A stretch of DNA of 46,108 bases from an uncultured Pseudomonadota bacterium (GCA_913056375.1 CAJXNF010000001.1:1-46108); one strand, 5' to 3'; numbered from the stretch's first letter, positions 1-9,736 are shown. The notes: generated by a model not told the origin, from the letters alone. Numbers and translations: made by a program.

Positions 1-543
1 GAACCTGTCTGTCCGGTCTATGCCACCTACCACAACCCAGAAGGTCTCAACGCAATGATCTACAATCGTTGTGTCGGAACACGCTATTGTTCGAACAACT
101 GTATTTATAAGGCTCGACGATACAACTGGTTTGACTATGAATTCCCGGCTCCACTGGATCAGCAACTCAACTCCAACATCACTACCAGAGCCGTTGGGGT
201 AATGGAGAAGTGTAATTTCTGTGTGCATCGGCTGACAGAAGCCAAATTCGCAGCAAATGATCTCGGACGGGATGTTCAAGATGGTGAGGTGGTTACAGCT
301 TGTCAGCAAACCTGCCCAACAAAGGCAATCACATTCGGCAACCTTGCTGATCCTAATAGCAAAGTATCACAATTAGCCAAAAGAAAGCCCGATCTACTCG
401 CTGATCCCGACAAAGAAAACCGTGATCGTCAATATGAGATTTTCCCGGAAATGAACTACAAGCCTGCGGTGACCTATTTGCGCAAGGTCAACCATAAAGA
501 GGTCGCAGGTCTCCATGGCAACGAACACGGCGCGGCTCACTGA
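1..543 (+). CDS. actB: Alternative complex III (quinol:cytochrome c oxidoreductase) iron-sulfur subunit ActB, C-terminal part; 5' end lies off-window
   Basis: Frame 1 is open from nt 1 (EPVCPVYATYHNPEGLNAMIYNRCVGTRYCSNNCIYKARRYNW...CNFCVHR...ACQQTCP). These are clustered-Cys ferredoxin motifs of the PsrB/HybA/ActB type. The gene is directly followed by actC-D-E-F-like genes. Confidence 0.85.
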   Translation, partial: EPVCPVYATYHNPEGLNAMIYNRCVGTRYCSNNCIYKARRYNWFDYEFPAPLDQQLNSNITTRAVGVMEKCNFCVHRLTEAKFAANDLGRDVQDGEVVTACQQTCPTKAITFGNLADPNSKVSQLAKRKPDLLADPDKENRDRQYEIFPEMNYKPAVTYLRKVNHKEVAGLHGNEHGAAH

Positions 544-575
544 GCCACAGCTTACTCTCAAAACAGGAGATATTA

Positions 576-2054
576 ATGGCTTCCACAACAATCGGGGGAA
601 CCGTAACGGATAGCTCGCGTAATCGTCCTTTTCGTGAAGAAATCGACGAGCACAAGGGACCCCCCGGTATTCGGGCAACCACTTTCAATTATGCCCAGAT
701 CAACGATGATATGGTGGAGATGCTGGAAAAGCCGCATCCCTCCTACTTTCTACTTGTATTGGGTTTTCTCTCTGCCCTGCTACTTGGTGCGGTCAGTTTA
801 GCGATACAAGTCGATGTTGGGATTGGGAATAGTGGAATCAGCCATCCCATCGCCTGGGGTTTCTACATCACTGACTTCGTTTTCTGGATTGGTATCGGCC
901 ACGCAGGAACGCTGATCTCAGCTGTCTTCTACCTGACTCGAGCACCATGGAGAACCGCGATTTATCGTAGTGCTGAGGCAATGACTGTCTTTGCCGTAAT
1001 GACGGCAGGGCTGTTCCCACTCCTGCATACTGGTCGCCCTTGGTTAGCCTACTGGCTGATTCCTTACCCGAATGAGCGATACCTCTGGGTAAACTTTAAA
1101 TCTCCTTTAGCCTGGGACGTTTTCGCAGTTACAACCTATATGTCAGTTTCCATCATGTTCTTCCTGCTGGGACTAGTTCCTGACATGGCAATCATGCGAG
1201 ATGAAGCCAAAAGGAGAGGCAAGATGCTCCAGGCTAAAATCTACGCTATCTTTGCGATGAGTTGGCGAGGTACGAACCACCAGTGGGTGCACTTCATGAG
1301 AGGCTATTTAATTTTTGCAGCTCTGGCGACCCCCTTGGTCTTCTCCGTTCACTCGATCGTGTCCTGGGACTTCGCGATGGCATCGATCCCTGGCTGGCAC
1401 ACTACAATCTTTGCACCCTACTTTGTTGCTGGAGCGATTTTCTCCGGATTGGCAATGGTGATGACTGTGTTGATTCCAGTAAGAGTAGTTTTTCGTCTAG
1501 AAGACTACATCAGCTATCACGTGGTCAATAAGGTTTGCCAAGTGATCCTGTTCACCTCGATGATTGTAGGGTATGCCTATGCAACCGAGTTCTTCATTGC
1601 TTGGTATAGTGGCAGTCCTTACGAGCGTGCTGTTTTCTACTTCCGACCGTTTGGGCACATGGCTACTTGGTCGCTTACAGGTGATCAACCAGTTTCATTC
1701 CCTCTAATAGCCTTCTACTTGATGGTCTTCTGTAACGTCATCGCTCCCATTCCTCTGTGGCGCAAAAAAGTCCGCAACAACCTAGTTGCTGTTTGGATCA
1801 TCTGCGGCCTGATCAACGTAGGCATGTGGTTTGAGCGATTCAACATTGTTGGCAGTTCTCTGCAACGTGATTTTCATCCATACAACTGGGGAGAATACTG
1901 GCCAACTTTGGTGGAAGTCGGTATCACAATCGGAAGCTTTGGCTTCTTCTTCACGCTGTTTAGTCTATTCGTAAAAGCTTTACCGCCGATGGCAATCATG
2001 GAATTGAAAGAGGCAGCTGAGCCTCCAATGAGAAAGGGACATCATGAGCACTAA
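576..2054 (+). CDS. actC: Alternative complex III membrane quinol-binding subunit ActC (NrfD/PsrC family)
   Basis: 492-aa polytopic membrane protein with NrfD-like sequence (GIGHAGTLISAVFYL, RPWLAYWLIPYPN). AGGAG lies 8 nt upstream of the ATG. It follows the FeS subunit. Confidence 0.9.
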   Translation: MASTTIGGTVTDSSRNRPFREEIDEHKGPPGIRATTFNYAQINDDMVEMLEKPHPSYFLLVLGFLSALLLGAVSLAIQVDVGIGNSGISHPIAWGFYITDFVFWIGIGHAGTLISAVFYLTRAPWRTAIYRSAEAMTVFAVMTAGLFPLLHTGRPWLAYWLIPYPNERYLWVNFKSPLAWDVFAVTTYMSVSIMFFLLGLVPDMAIMRDEAKRRGKMLQAKIYAIFAMSWRGTNHQWVHFMRGYLIFAALATPLVFSVHSIVSWDFAMASIPGWHTTIFAPYFVAGAIFSGLAMVMTVLIPVRVVFRLEDYISYHVVNKVCQVILFTSMIVGYAYATEFFIAWYSGSPYERAVFYFRPFGHMATWSLTGDQPVSFPLIAFYLMVFCNVIAPIPLWRKKVRNNLVAVWIICGLINVGMWFERFNIVGSSLQRDFHPYNWGEYWPTLVEVGITIGSFGFFFTLFSLFVKALPPMAIMELKEAAEPPMRKGHHEH

Positions 2055-2568
2055 GTTCTCAGGAGTCTGGGGAACTTTTGAATACCTGGATGACACCACA
2101 GAAGCAATTGAGGAATTGAGAAAAAAAGGCGTTGAACCGACCGTACTTTCACCCTGTCCTCGTCATGAAATCGATCATGCGTTGGGTGAACCGCAGAGTC
2201 CCGTTCCGTTTATCTCTCTCTTTTTCGGAGCGCTAGGCTGCCTGATTGGCTACAGCCTTCCAGCTTGGACCGCTTCGGATTGGGTACTTCCTGTGGGAGG
2301 AAAGCCGATTGTGGCGATTACACCATTCACTGTCATCGGGTTTGAGATGACAATTCTTCATGCCGCTATTTTTACACTGCTTGGGCTGACGATTTTGATC
2401 ATTATCGACTCACTAAAAAATCCTATTCCCAAAGCAGCACGAGAATATCTGCGCTTTCAGCGAGATCGCTTCGGCATTGTTGTGCGCTGCGAAGCTTCAC
2501 AATGCCAACTCTACGAAGATTTGTTGAAAAAATATCAAGCAGAGGAGGTTTATGTTGAAAAAGGCTAA
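2044..2568 (+). CDS. actD: Alternative complex III subunit ActD (DUF3341-type membrane protein)
   Basis: 174 aa. The start overlaps the actC end by 11 nt. It has an N-terminal soluble domain (GVWGTFEYLDDTTEAIEELRKKG...LSPCPRHEIDHAL) followed by 2 TM helices, as in ActD. The operon position fits. Confidence 0.8.
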   Translation: MSTKFSGVWGTFEYLDDTTEAIEELRKKGVEPTVLSPCPRHEIDHALGEPQSPVPFISLFFGALGCLIGYSLPAWTASDWVLPVGGKPIVAITPFTVIGFEMTILHAAIFTLLGLTILIIIDSLKNPIPKAAREYLRFQRDRFGIVVRCEASQCQLYEDLLKKYQAEEVYVEKG

Positions 2569-3226
2569 AGCGCGCCTGATTACTACAGCCTTTGCGATGC
2601 TAGCTCTAGGTGGAGTAGTCCTGGCTGTCGACAACTACCCCTATTTTGATCCGAAGGACACGGGTTATGGAATCACCAATGATGATAAGCCGTGGTTTGA
2701 CGGGAAGGACTATCCTTTCTACCGAGATATGTATGATGGGAAGAGCCTAAAGCCCATGGAAGAGGGAAGCTACGAACAGTTTCCACAAGATTCAGTGCCC
2801 GTTAGAGTTTCCTTGAACAAGATTCAGCGTATTTATGACCCGTTCATTCCCGCAATTGCAGGAGACGGTGCAGGAAAAGCAGGGCATCCACGAGAATACT
2901 ATCCGAGGAATCCTGGCCAACCTACAGCGATATCTATTGCTAGAGGGCAAGTCCTCTACGACACCTACTGCGCGGCGTGTCATGGTACAGATGGATTGGC
3001 CAAGACCGTTGTAGTTGAAAAAGGAGTCCCTGCACCGGCGATTGATCAGATGGTAAAGAATCCTGAGTGGGGTTCTCATCTCTATAACAAGATCAAGTAC
3101 GGCAGTTTCTTTCAGGAACCTCGTGGCTACATGCCTGCCTATGGAGCCCAGACTTCAGTACAAGACCGCTGGGATATGGTCAACTACATGATGAGCGATG
3201 CATTCGGTAAAGGAGCCGTGCAATGA
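2552..3226 (+). CDS. actE: Alternative complex III monoheme cytochrome c subunit ActE
   Basis: 224 aa with an N-terminal membrane anchor and a single heme-c motif YCAACHG. GAGGAGG Shine-Dalgarno precedes the ATG. It lies between actD and actF. Confidence 0.8.
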   Translation: MLKKAKARLITTAFAMLALGGVVLAVDNYPYFDPKDTGYGITNDDKPWFDGKDYPFYRDMYDGKSLKPMEEGSYEQFPQDSVPVRVSLNKIQRIYDPFIPAIAGDGAGKAGHPREYYPRNPGQPTAISIARGQVLYDTYCAACHGTDGLAKTVVVEKGVPAPAIDQMVKNPEWGSHLYNKIKYGSFFQEPRGYMPAYGAQTSVQDRWDMVNYMMSDAFGKGAVQ

Positions 3227-4503
3227 AAGAAGTTATCGAACACTCCCAGATTGAACTACCTAAGAGTTTGAAGACAGTACTCTGGGCCTTTGTATTACTT
3301 GGTGCAGGCATGTTTGTGATTGGCTTAGCCACCGGTAATGAAGAAGGAATTACACGGACATGGCAAACATTATTGATCAACGTGATGTTTTGGGGAGGGA
3401 TTGCACAAGCTGGCGTGATTCTCTCCGTAATCTGGCAGATTACTGATGCCAAATGGGGACGTCCTTTCAAGCGACTCGCAGAAGCCTGTGCTGCTTTTCT
3501 GCCTGTTGCCTTCGTGATGTTTATTCTGGTGTTCTTCGGGAGTACTGTTCTTTACGAATGGACACACACACCATTCATGCACCATGGAGTAGCTGTCAAA
3601 GCTGGTTGGTTGAATATTGAATTCTTCGTTATCCGCAATATTTTCTGGCTGCTGTTGCTCTATGGAATCTCGTATTGGTTCGTTGTGACGTCGATCAAGC
3701 CAGATTTGGGACTTGCCCGACGGATTATGGGCTCTCGCTGGGGCGGAGCACTGGCTGACAGATTATTAGATGGATACGGAGATCAGGAAGACGAAGTCAC
3801 TCGACTGAACCAACTATCCTCGCGCATTGCGCCCGCACTGGCTTTGCTCTATGCAATCGGTGGTTCGTTTTTGGTATGGGATTTCGTGATGACGCTTGAT
3901 CAAGAATGGTTCAGTACACTTTTTGGTGTATTCTTCTTGATTGGGAGTTTACAAGCAACAATGGGCATTCTGATCGCCATCGCTGTGACCGTTCGGAATC
4001 ATTCAAAAGTCCTTGCAGAATACATCACAATCAACAGATTGCATGATCTGACAAAATTGGTCTTTGCGTTCTCATTGCTTTGGACATACATGGCCTTTTC
4101 ACAATACATTGTGATTTGGTATGCAGATCTTCCCGAGGAAACACCATACTTGGTAATTCGGTCACAAACAGAGCCTTGGTCAACTCTATTTTTGATTCTG
4201 TTTCTATGGCTCTTTGTGTCAGTTTTCCTGGGGTTGATGCCTAAAACTTTGTGTCGTACCCCCAATTACATCAGATTCATGGGAATCTATGTTGCGATTG
4301 GACAATGGCTGGCTGTTTACATGATGGTCGTTCCTTCATTGCAACACTTCGGGCACTATCACATTCTACTTGGATTCCATGAGTTACTAATCACTCTGGG
4401 CTTCGGCGGAGCTTTCTTCCTCTGCTACGTTGCTTTCTTGGAGCAGGTACCACTGCTGCCCATTTCAGACAAGCATCTGTGCAAGTCTTGGCACGGCCAC
4501 TGA
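3223..4503 (+). CDS. actF: Alternative complex III second polytopic membrane subunit ActF
   Basis: 426-aa polytopic membrane protein with an ATGA start/stop overlap with actE. The call rests on NrfD-like topology and operon position. Confidence 0.75.
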   Translation: MKEVIEHSQIELPKSLKTVLWAFVLLGAGMFVIGLATGNEEGITRTWQTLLINVMFWGGIAQAGVILSVIWQITDAKWGRPFKRLAEACAAFLPVAFVMFILVFFGSTVLYEWTHTPFMHHGVAVKAGWLNIEFFVIRNIFWLLLLYGISYWFVVTSIKPDLGLARRIMGSRWGGALADRLLDGYGDQEDEVTRLNQLSSRIAPALALLYAIGGSFLVWDFVMTLDQEWFSTLFGVFFLIGSLQATMGILIAIAVTVRNHSKVLAEYITINRLHDLTKLVFAFSLLWTYMAFSQYIVIWYADLPEETPYLVIRSQTEPWSTLFLILFLWLFVSVFLGLMPKTLCRTPNYIRFMGIYVAIGQWLAVYMMVVPSLQHFGHYHILLGFHELLITLGFGGAFFLCYVAFLEQVPLLPISDKHLCKSWHGH

Positions 4504-4509
4504 TTCATC

Positions 4510-4542
4510 AAAAAAGGCTTTCAAGATCCACTTGGAAGCCTT
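4510..4542 (-). terminator. Rho-independent terminator between convergent actF and the TerB-like gene
   Basis: 12-bp stem (4514-4525 pairs with 4531-4542, one G-U) with a 5-nt loop. On the minus strand it is followed by a T run (complement of the A run 4510-4515), 2 nt after the stop of 4545..5258. There is no T run on the plus-strand side. Confidence 0.55.
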
Positions 4543-4544
4543 CC

Positions 4545-5258
4545 TCACTTTCCTTTCTCCCTAGTTGAAATTCCGAGTAACTGCAGCAATCCATGATCAT
4601 CCCGCAATGTTTGGGTGAATTCAAACCGTAGCAGAAAGCTTTTGGGATCCTTCACATGCTGGTGTGTACTAATCACCCGGCCACTCAGAGACGAGTACCA
4701 ATCCTTTTCAATATCTGGATCTGCATCTGGGAACTGCTGCAGGCTCAATGAACCGTGTGCACCCTTGACCACGGGACGATGATAACGAAATGTTGCTCGT
4801 TCCAAGTTGATCTGCTGGAGAGCAACAACCCGTGCTTCCTCACCCAGCCTTGCAACGGCTCGAGGACAGCGATCCTCCATCTCACGCCGTGCCGTTTTCC
4901 AGAGTTTCTCAAGGGCCTTATCTGGTAAGCCAAGTCGATGGCCAACCTCATAAAAGAAATTTATTTCACTCGGAAGTAGACGACCGTCTACAATCATGAT
5001 TCCAGCGAGTAGCTTCAGTATCTCAAACGCCAGTTCTCCATCCAACTGAATTGAATGGACTCGAACTTTCCTTTCCAACCTAGCCACCGAAAGTAATTTC
5101 TCTTTGAGTTCCTGGCTCTCAGCCAACTCCATTGCCTTCTGCAGGTAGGGAAGTTCTGCATCATCCACTTTACCGTCAATCGTGATGATACCGACCATTA
5201 CTTCTGCCAGCCAGTTTCTCTGCTTTGAGTCCAAATCTTGGACTACGGCAAAATTCAT
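4545..5258 (-). CDS. TerB-like (DjlA N-terminal-type) domain protein with an uncharacterised C-terminal domain
   Basis: Two TerB-type helical repeats (GIITIDGKVDDAELPYLQKAMELA; GIMIVDGRLLPSEINFFYEVGHRLGL). The C-terminal ~110 aa is beta-rich and unassigned. Confidence 0.5.
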   Translation of the reverse strand: MNFAVVQDLDSKQRNWLAEVMVGIITIDGKVDDAELPYLQKAMELAESQELKEKLLSVARLERKVRVHSIQLDGELAFEILKLLAGIMIVDGRLLPSEINFFYEVGHRLGLPDKALEKLWKTARREMEDRCPRAVARLGEEARVVALQQINLERATFRYHRPVVKGAHGSLSLQQFPDADPDIEKDWYSSLSGRVISTHQHVKDPKSFLLRFEFTQTLRDDHGLLQLLGISTREKGK

Positions 5259-5450
5259 TGCTTCCTCCGAAAACCATCTGATTTCGCACTTCTAGTTCCC
5301 CTCAATTCGTTGCAAGGGGTATGGCATGTCAGACGATTACATTTAGGATTTCTGACACGTGGGTGATGATTCATCTTAGCTCTGCCAGTTCATGCTCTTC
5401 TCGGAAATTAACGAAAACATGCGGCATCTTTGAAAGAAAATTGCACCTGA

Positions 5451-5533
5451 CATAAATTGACCAACTTGCTCATCAGCCAACCGCACAGTATCTTTCAAAA
5501 GTTCTATCACTCCTTTACTTCCATAAATTGACC
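5451..5533 (+). promoter_or_regulatory. Pair of 12-nt direct repeats CATAAATTGACC (5451-5462 and 5522-5533) upstream of mpl; contains a TTGACC -35-like hexamer
   Basis: Exact repeat read in the 328-bp intergenic region. The proximal copy ends about 53 nt before the mpl ATG. A CAAAAT -10-like hexamer lies 16 nt after the proximal TTGACC. TAAATTGACCTA recurs at 29904-29915. Confidence 0.25.
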
Positions 5534-5586
5534 TAGGACCATCCAAGATCAAAATCTCATTTCATTGCCCTGTTTGTAACTCACTC

Positions 5587-7014
5587 ATGATCCACAAGCA
5601 AACCTCTCTCAACCACATTCACTTCAGTGGAATTTGCGGCACTGCCATGGGTTCTCTCGCAGTGCTACTCCAAAAACGTGGATACCATATCACTGGCTCA
5701 GACCAAAATGTTTATCCACCGATGAGTGATTTCCTGATAGAGCATGGTATTCCAGTGCATGAAGGCTTTTCTCTCGCGAATCTGGAGCCGCAACCAGACT
5801 TGGTTGTGCTGGGCAACGCGCTCTCACGTGGCAACCCAGAAGTTGAAGCAGCCCTGGCCCAACGTATTCCTTATATTTCAATGGCAGAATTGCTGAAGGA
5901 ATTCTTCATTCGTGGTCGAACTTCTTTGGTCGTCACTGGTACACATGGCAAAACCACTACAACTTCACTACTTGCTTGGACCTTTGCCAACGCTGGTATG
6001 AATCCAGGGTTTCTGATTGGTGGAATTGCTGAAAATTTGAAGACTAGTTGTGCCGATGGCAGCGGAGACTTCTTTATCACCGAAGGAGATGAATACGACA
6101 CAGCCTTTTTTGATAAACGCTCCAAATTTTTCCACTACCTGCCTGATCAGTTGGTACTAAACAACTTGGAATTTGATCATGCTGATATTTTTGCGTCCCT
6201 CGAACAAATACAGCAAAGCTTCCGCTGGCTTCTTCGTCTGGTTCCGGGCAATGGACTCGTGGTTGCGAACGGTGACGATGACAACCTCAAACCTGTACTG
6301 GAACAAATTTACAGTCCCTTGTTAACGTTTGGGCTAGGGCCGGATTGTAATGTCCGCATTGAGGATATTCAAATCTGTGAGACAGGTTCTCAGTTTCGGC
6401 TGGAAGGTGCTGGTCAAAATTCTCAACAAATCTGGAATTTGCCGATGGCAGGCATTCACAACATTCGTAACGCCACGGCTGTCATTTTACTGGCTCAGCA
6501 CAACCATCTTAGTACCGAACAAATTCAGCAGGGCTTTTCAAGCTTTCAAGGTGTAAAACGCCGTCAGGAATTGCGGGGAACCATCAATGACATCTGGGTG
6601 TATGATGATTTTGCTCACCATCCTACGGCAGTTGCAGAAACCATTCGGGCTCTTCGACAGAAGCATCCTGGGAAACGCCTTTGTGCGGTCTTTGAACCGA
6701 GAAGCAATACCAGCGTCCTGCGGATACACCAAGAACAATTGGTCAGCGCCTTAGCTCAGGCAGACGAAGTTCTCTTGGCACCACCACATAGAGCAGAGAG
6801 AATTCCTACAAATGATCGATTAGACGTCCAGGCAATAGTGCACGCCCTGAACAGCCAGATTCCAGCCCAGGCGTTGGAAACCTCAGCTATCTTAGAACAT
6901 TTAAAAGCTACCGCTGCTAGTGGTGATGTGATTCTCATCATGAGCAATGGAAAGTTTGATAATCTGCATGAACGCTTATTGAAAGTCCTGAACTCTGAGG
7001 CAGGTTTAGCATGA
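5587..7014 (+). CDS. mpl: UDP-N-acetylmuramate:L-alanyl-gamma-D-glutamyl-meso-diaminopimelate ligase (murein peptide ligase)
   Basis: 475 aa. The N-terminus IHFSGICGTAMGSLAVLLQKRGYHITGSDQNVYPPMSDFL is the Mpl-type signature. It carries the Mur ligase P-loop GTHGKTTTTS. Confidence 0.9.
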   Translation: MIHKQTSLNHIHFSGICGTAMGSLAVLLQKRGYHITGSDQNVYPPMSDFLIEHGIPVHEGFSLANLEPQPDLVVLGNALSRGNPEVEAALAQRIPYISMAELLKEFFIRGRTSLVVTGTHGKTTTTSLLAWTFANAGMNPGFLIGGIAENLKTSCADGSGDFFITEGDEYDTAFFDKRSKFFHYLPDQLVLNNLEFDHADIFASLEQIQQSFRWLLRLVPGNGLVVANGDDDNLKPVLEQIYSPLLTFGLGPDCNVRIEDIQICETGSQFRLEGAGQNSQQIWNLPMAGIHNIRNATAVILLAQHNHLSTEQIQQGFSSFQGVKRRQELRGTINDIWVYDDFAHHPTAVAETIRALRQKHPGKRLCAVFEPRSNTSVLRIHQEQLVSALAQADEVLLAPPHRAERIPTNDRLDVQAIVHALNSQIPAQALETSAILEHLKATAASGDVILIMSNGKFDNLHERLLKVLNSEAGLA

Positions 7015-7817
7015 AGCCCTTGAACTGGCTGATCTTGTTCGTGGTTGGTCTACTGCCGATTGCTGGGCTGGTTTGGACCTTCCAAACTGATCCTCATTTG
7101 GCGGTTCCTGAAGACTCCAAAAATTCTTGGATTGACCCACTGACAGCCATCATCTTTGTTTATGTCAATCCAAGTTGTGAAGCTGGTCAGGATCCCTGTC
7201 CTCCTCCTCTCTGGATGGGAAGACATGAAATCACCAACCAGCAATTCCAGAGGTTCCGGCAGTCGCATTCGAGTCGGAATTACCGGAATCAGCCCTTAGA
7301 CACTCCATTGCAGCCAGTCGCTTATGTCAGTTGGGAAGAAGCTCATGCATTTGGTGAGTGGTTAACCCAGCAACACAGTGGTCGGTATCGCTTTCGCTTG
7401 CCAACATCAAAAGAATGGCAACAGGTTTGTGAAACCAGAGAAGCTCAACCCTGGAAAACTACTGAGCAAGCTTGCCAGTGGGCTTCAGTGAGTGATGAAG
7501 TCGCAGCTGCAACTTTTGGTTGGAGTCACCCCACTCATCCTTGCAACGACAATTTCACAGTCAGTGCTCCAGTCGGCTCTTTTCCTGCCAATGCCCACAA
7601 CCTTTATGACGTACTGGGTAATCTTGCGGAATGGACTAGTGAAAAAGCGACACTTCCAAATTCAGCAGAGCAAGGATATATCACCCGTGGAGGTAGCTGG
7701 TTCAGCCCTCCAGATCAGATTTCCTGTAAATTTCAGGAAGCTTTTTCTGCGCTCACTTCAGACCCTCGCATTGGCTTTCGGCTAGTTGCTGAAGGACTTC
7801 CAACCCCAGAGCAATGA
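7011..7817 (+). CDS. Membrane-anchored FGE-sulfatase (SUMF1/EgtB/PvdO) domain protein
   Basis: ATGA overlap with the mpl stop. N-terminal TM helix. Motifs WMGRHEITNQQF, AYVSWEEAHAF, RLPTSKEW, NLYDVLGNLAEWT and RGGSW...RIGFRLV. Confidence 0.8.
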   Translation: MKPLNWLILFVVGLLPIAGLVWTFQTDPHLAVPEDSKNSWIDPLTAIIFVYVNPSCEAGQDPCPPPLWMGRHEITNQQFQRFRQSHSSRNYRNQPLDTPLQPVAYVSWEEAHAFGEWLTQQHSGRYRFRLPTSKEWQQVCETREAQPWKTTEQACQWASVSDEVAAATFGWSHPTHPCNDNFTVSAPVGSFPANAHNLYDVLGNLAEWTSEKATLPNSAEQGYITRGGSWFSPPDQISCKFQEAFSALTSDPRIGFRLVAEGLPTPEQ

Positions 7818-9733
7818 AAGGGAATCATCCACTATTCAGGTGGTTGTTCTACTCACTGCTGCTCATCGGATTAGGAACGCCACTAGCAGCAGAAACAATC
7901 GCACCACAAACCCTACTTCAATCCGCTACAACCAAAAAAATTGCCCAACATTCTTATTGGTTGCGGCTACTTCACTATCGTTCCACTACCCCAACCAGCA
8001 AAAGTGAGATCGTCAGTCAGGATTTTTTCCTGGATCCCAACGGTGCACAGAACCCCCAAGCTGAACTGAACGCTACATTGCGAGCGTTTTATGAACCAGT
8101 TGGTGAGAATCCTGATCAACATGCACAGTGCCGTTTCATTGCACGCTTTCACTGGTTGCAGCAACAACTCGATTTTTCCCCAGCACCCCCACTCATCGAA
8201 TGTCCACGCTTTCAACGCTGGGCCGGACTATCCAAACTTGATTCGCTAAGCGTAGTCTTTGTTTCGGCTTATTTGGACAATCCTGCTTCTTTTTTCGGTC
8301 ATCTTTTAGTCAAGATTAACTTGAAGGAGGGACTCTTTGCGCATCCTCTGCTCAGTCCAACACTTAACTTTGGTGCTAGCCCGGATCCAGCTGATAACGC
8401 TTTAGTTTATGCAGTGAAGGGAATTTTTGGTGGCTATAGTGGCCGCTTCTCTGACGAAAGATTCTATAACTTTCAGCATGTTTATGGAGAAAACGAATTA
8501 CGAGACCTGTGGGAATACCCTCTGAAGCTAACGGAAGCTCAGCAGCGCCGTGTACTTTTCCACACTTGGGAACTGCTGCAGGATATTCACTTTGAATACT
8601 ATTTCTTCTTGGAAAACTGCGCTTATCGTATGGCAGAACTAGTAGCCATGGCTTGGGAAGAAGAGATTAATCTTTATTCTCCATCTGAATTCTGGGCCAT
8701 TCCCGTCGATGTTTTCTTTCGATTACAACGTCTGCAAACTCCTGATGGGCAGTCGGTGCTTGGAGAACCAATCCTTGTCCCTTCCCGACAACGTAGACTG
8801 CAGTGGAAAACCCTAGACCTGAATGAATCCCAGCAAGATTGGGTGATCCGAATCCAACGCCAACCAGAACAACTGAATAAATTAGAACAATCTGGACTAT
8901 CTCCAGAAGCCCAAGCTCAGGTGCTTGATGCGCTCACAGACTTGCTACAGTACCAGAAAGCACGAGAAGAGATGCTCTCAGAGTCTCTTCAGAATCTGCG
9001 TCAACAAGTTCTGCTGAGACGTAGTGAACTACCGATACTTGTTAAGAAACCACAACCACTCACACCCGATCCTTTGAAGGGACACCCTCCTTTGAGAACT
9101 CAGTTTGGTGGGTTTCAAAGAAACGACACAGAGCCAGGGATAGAAGTGGGCATTCGTGCAGCCTATCATGATCTGTTGGATCCAGTTCATGGACATCTCC
9201 CCTATGCTGAGTTACAAGCGCTAGATTTGAAAATCCGTTTCGACGAAGCACGCTGGTGGATTCATCAACTGAAATTTTTTGAGATTCAAAATCTTTCTGT
9301 TTCCCCAACACGATTAGACACGGTTTCAGGAGTTTCTTGGCGAACAAGCGGTGAGTGGCAAGAGGAAGCCCTTGATGAATCTCAGCATAAAGTCATGCGA
9401 CTCGTTGGAGGCATCGGGCAGAGTGTAGCTCTACACCCTGATTTAGTTGGATTTACTTTTGCCGACACAATTTTGCAATCACGAACAGGTTCAATACCAG
9501 AAACCAGCTTTCAATTGCAGCCTGTTGTGGGTGTACTCTGGCAAACTGGTGATCAATGGTCCATGTTAGCTCAATCCAGTTATCGCCAACCATTATTGGG
9601 CGAAAGTGCAATCGGCCTTGGTACCGAATGGGAGGGGCGTTGGCAGGTAAATTCAAAATGGGGACTTCGTTTTACTTGGCAACAGCAAGGGACTGTACAA
9701 GAAGCCAAAGTGCTAGTTCATCACTTTTGGTGA
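7814..9733 (+). CDS. DUF4105 (Lnb N-terminal periplasmic domain) protein with a beta-rich C-terminal domain
   Basis: ATGA overlap with the preceding gene. Signal peptide. FFGHLLVKI and FEYYFFLENCAYR motifs are typical of DUF4105. The last ~190 aa have alternating hydrophobic strands and end in ...VLVHHFW (aromatic C-terminus). Confidence 0.7.
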   Translation: MKGNHPLFRWLFYSLLLIGLGTPLAAETIAPQTLLQSATTKKIAQHSYWLRLLHYRSTTPTSKSEIVSQDFFLDPNGAQNPQAELNATLRAFYEPVGENPDQHAQCRFIARFHWLQQQLDFSPAPPLIECPRFQRWAGLSKLDSLSVVFVSAYLDNPASFFGHLLVKINLKEGLFAHPLLSPTLNFGASPDPADNALVYAVKGIFGGYSGRFSDERFYNFQHVYGENELRDLWEYPLKLTEAQQRRVLFHTWELLQDIHFEYYFFLENCAYRMAELVAMAWEEEINLYSPSEFWAIPVDVFFRLQRLQTPDGQSVLGEPILVPSRQRRLQWKTLDLNESQQDWVIRIQRQPEQLNKLEQSGLSPEAQAQVLDALTDLLQYQKAREEMLSESLQNLRQQVLLRRSELPILVKKPQPLTPDPLKGHPPLRTQFGGFQRNDTEPGIEVGIRAAYHDLLDPVHGHLPYAELQALDLKIRFDEARWWIHQLKFFEIQNLSVSPTRLDTVSGVSWRTSGEWQEEALDESQHKVMRLVGGIGQSVALHPDLVGFTFADTILQSRTGSIPETSFQLQPVVGVLWQTGDQWSMLAQSSYRQPLLGESAIGLGTEWEGRWQVNSKWGLRFTWQQQGTVQEAKVLVHHFW

Positions 9734-9736
9734 GAT

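Noticed and set aside
5321-5455. 44-codon ORF (MACQTITFRISDTWVMIHLSS...) in the 328-bp spacer upstream of mpl
   Set aside because: GGGG lies only 1 nt from the ATG, which is poor SD spacing. There is no hydrophobic or other recognisable pattern, and the ORF runs into the repeat/promoter-like motif. It is most likely non-coding.
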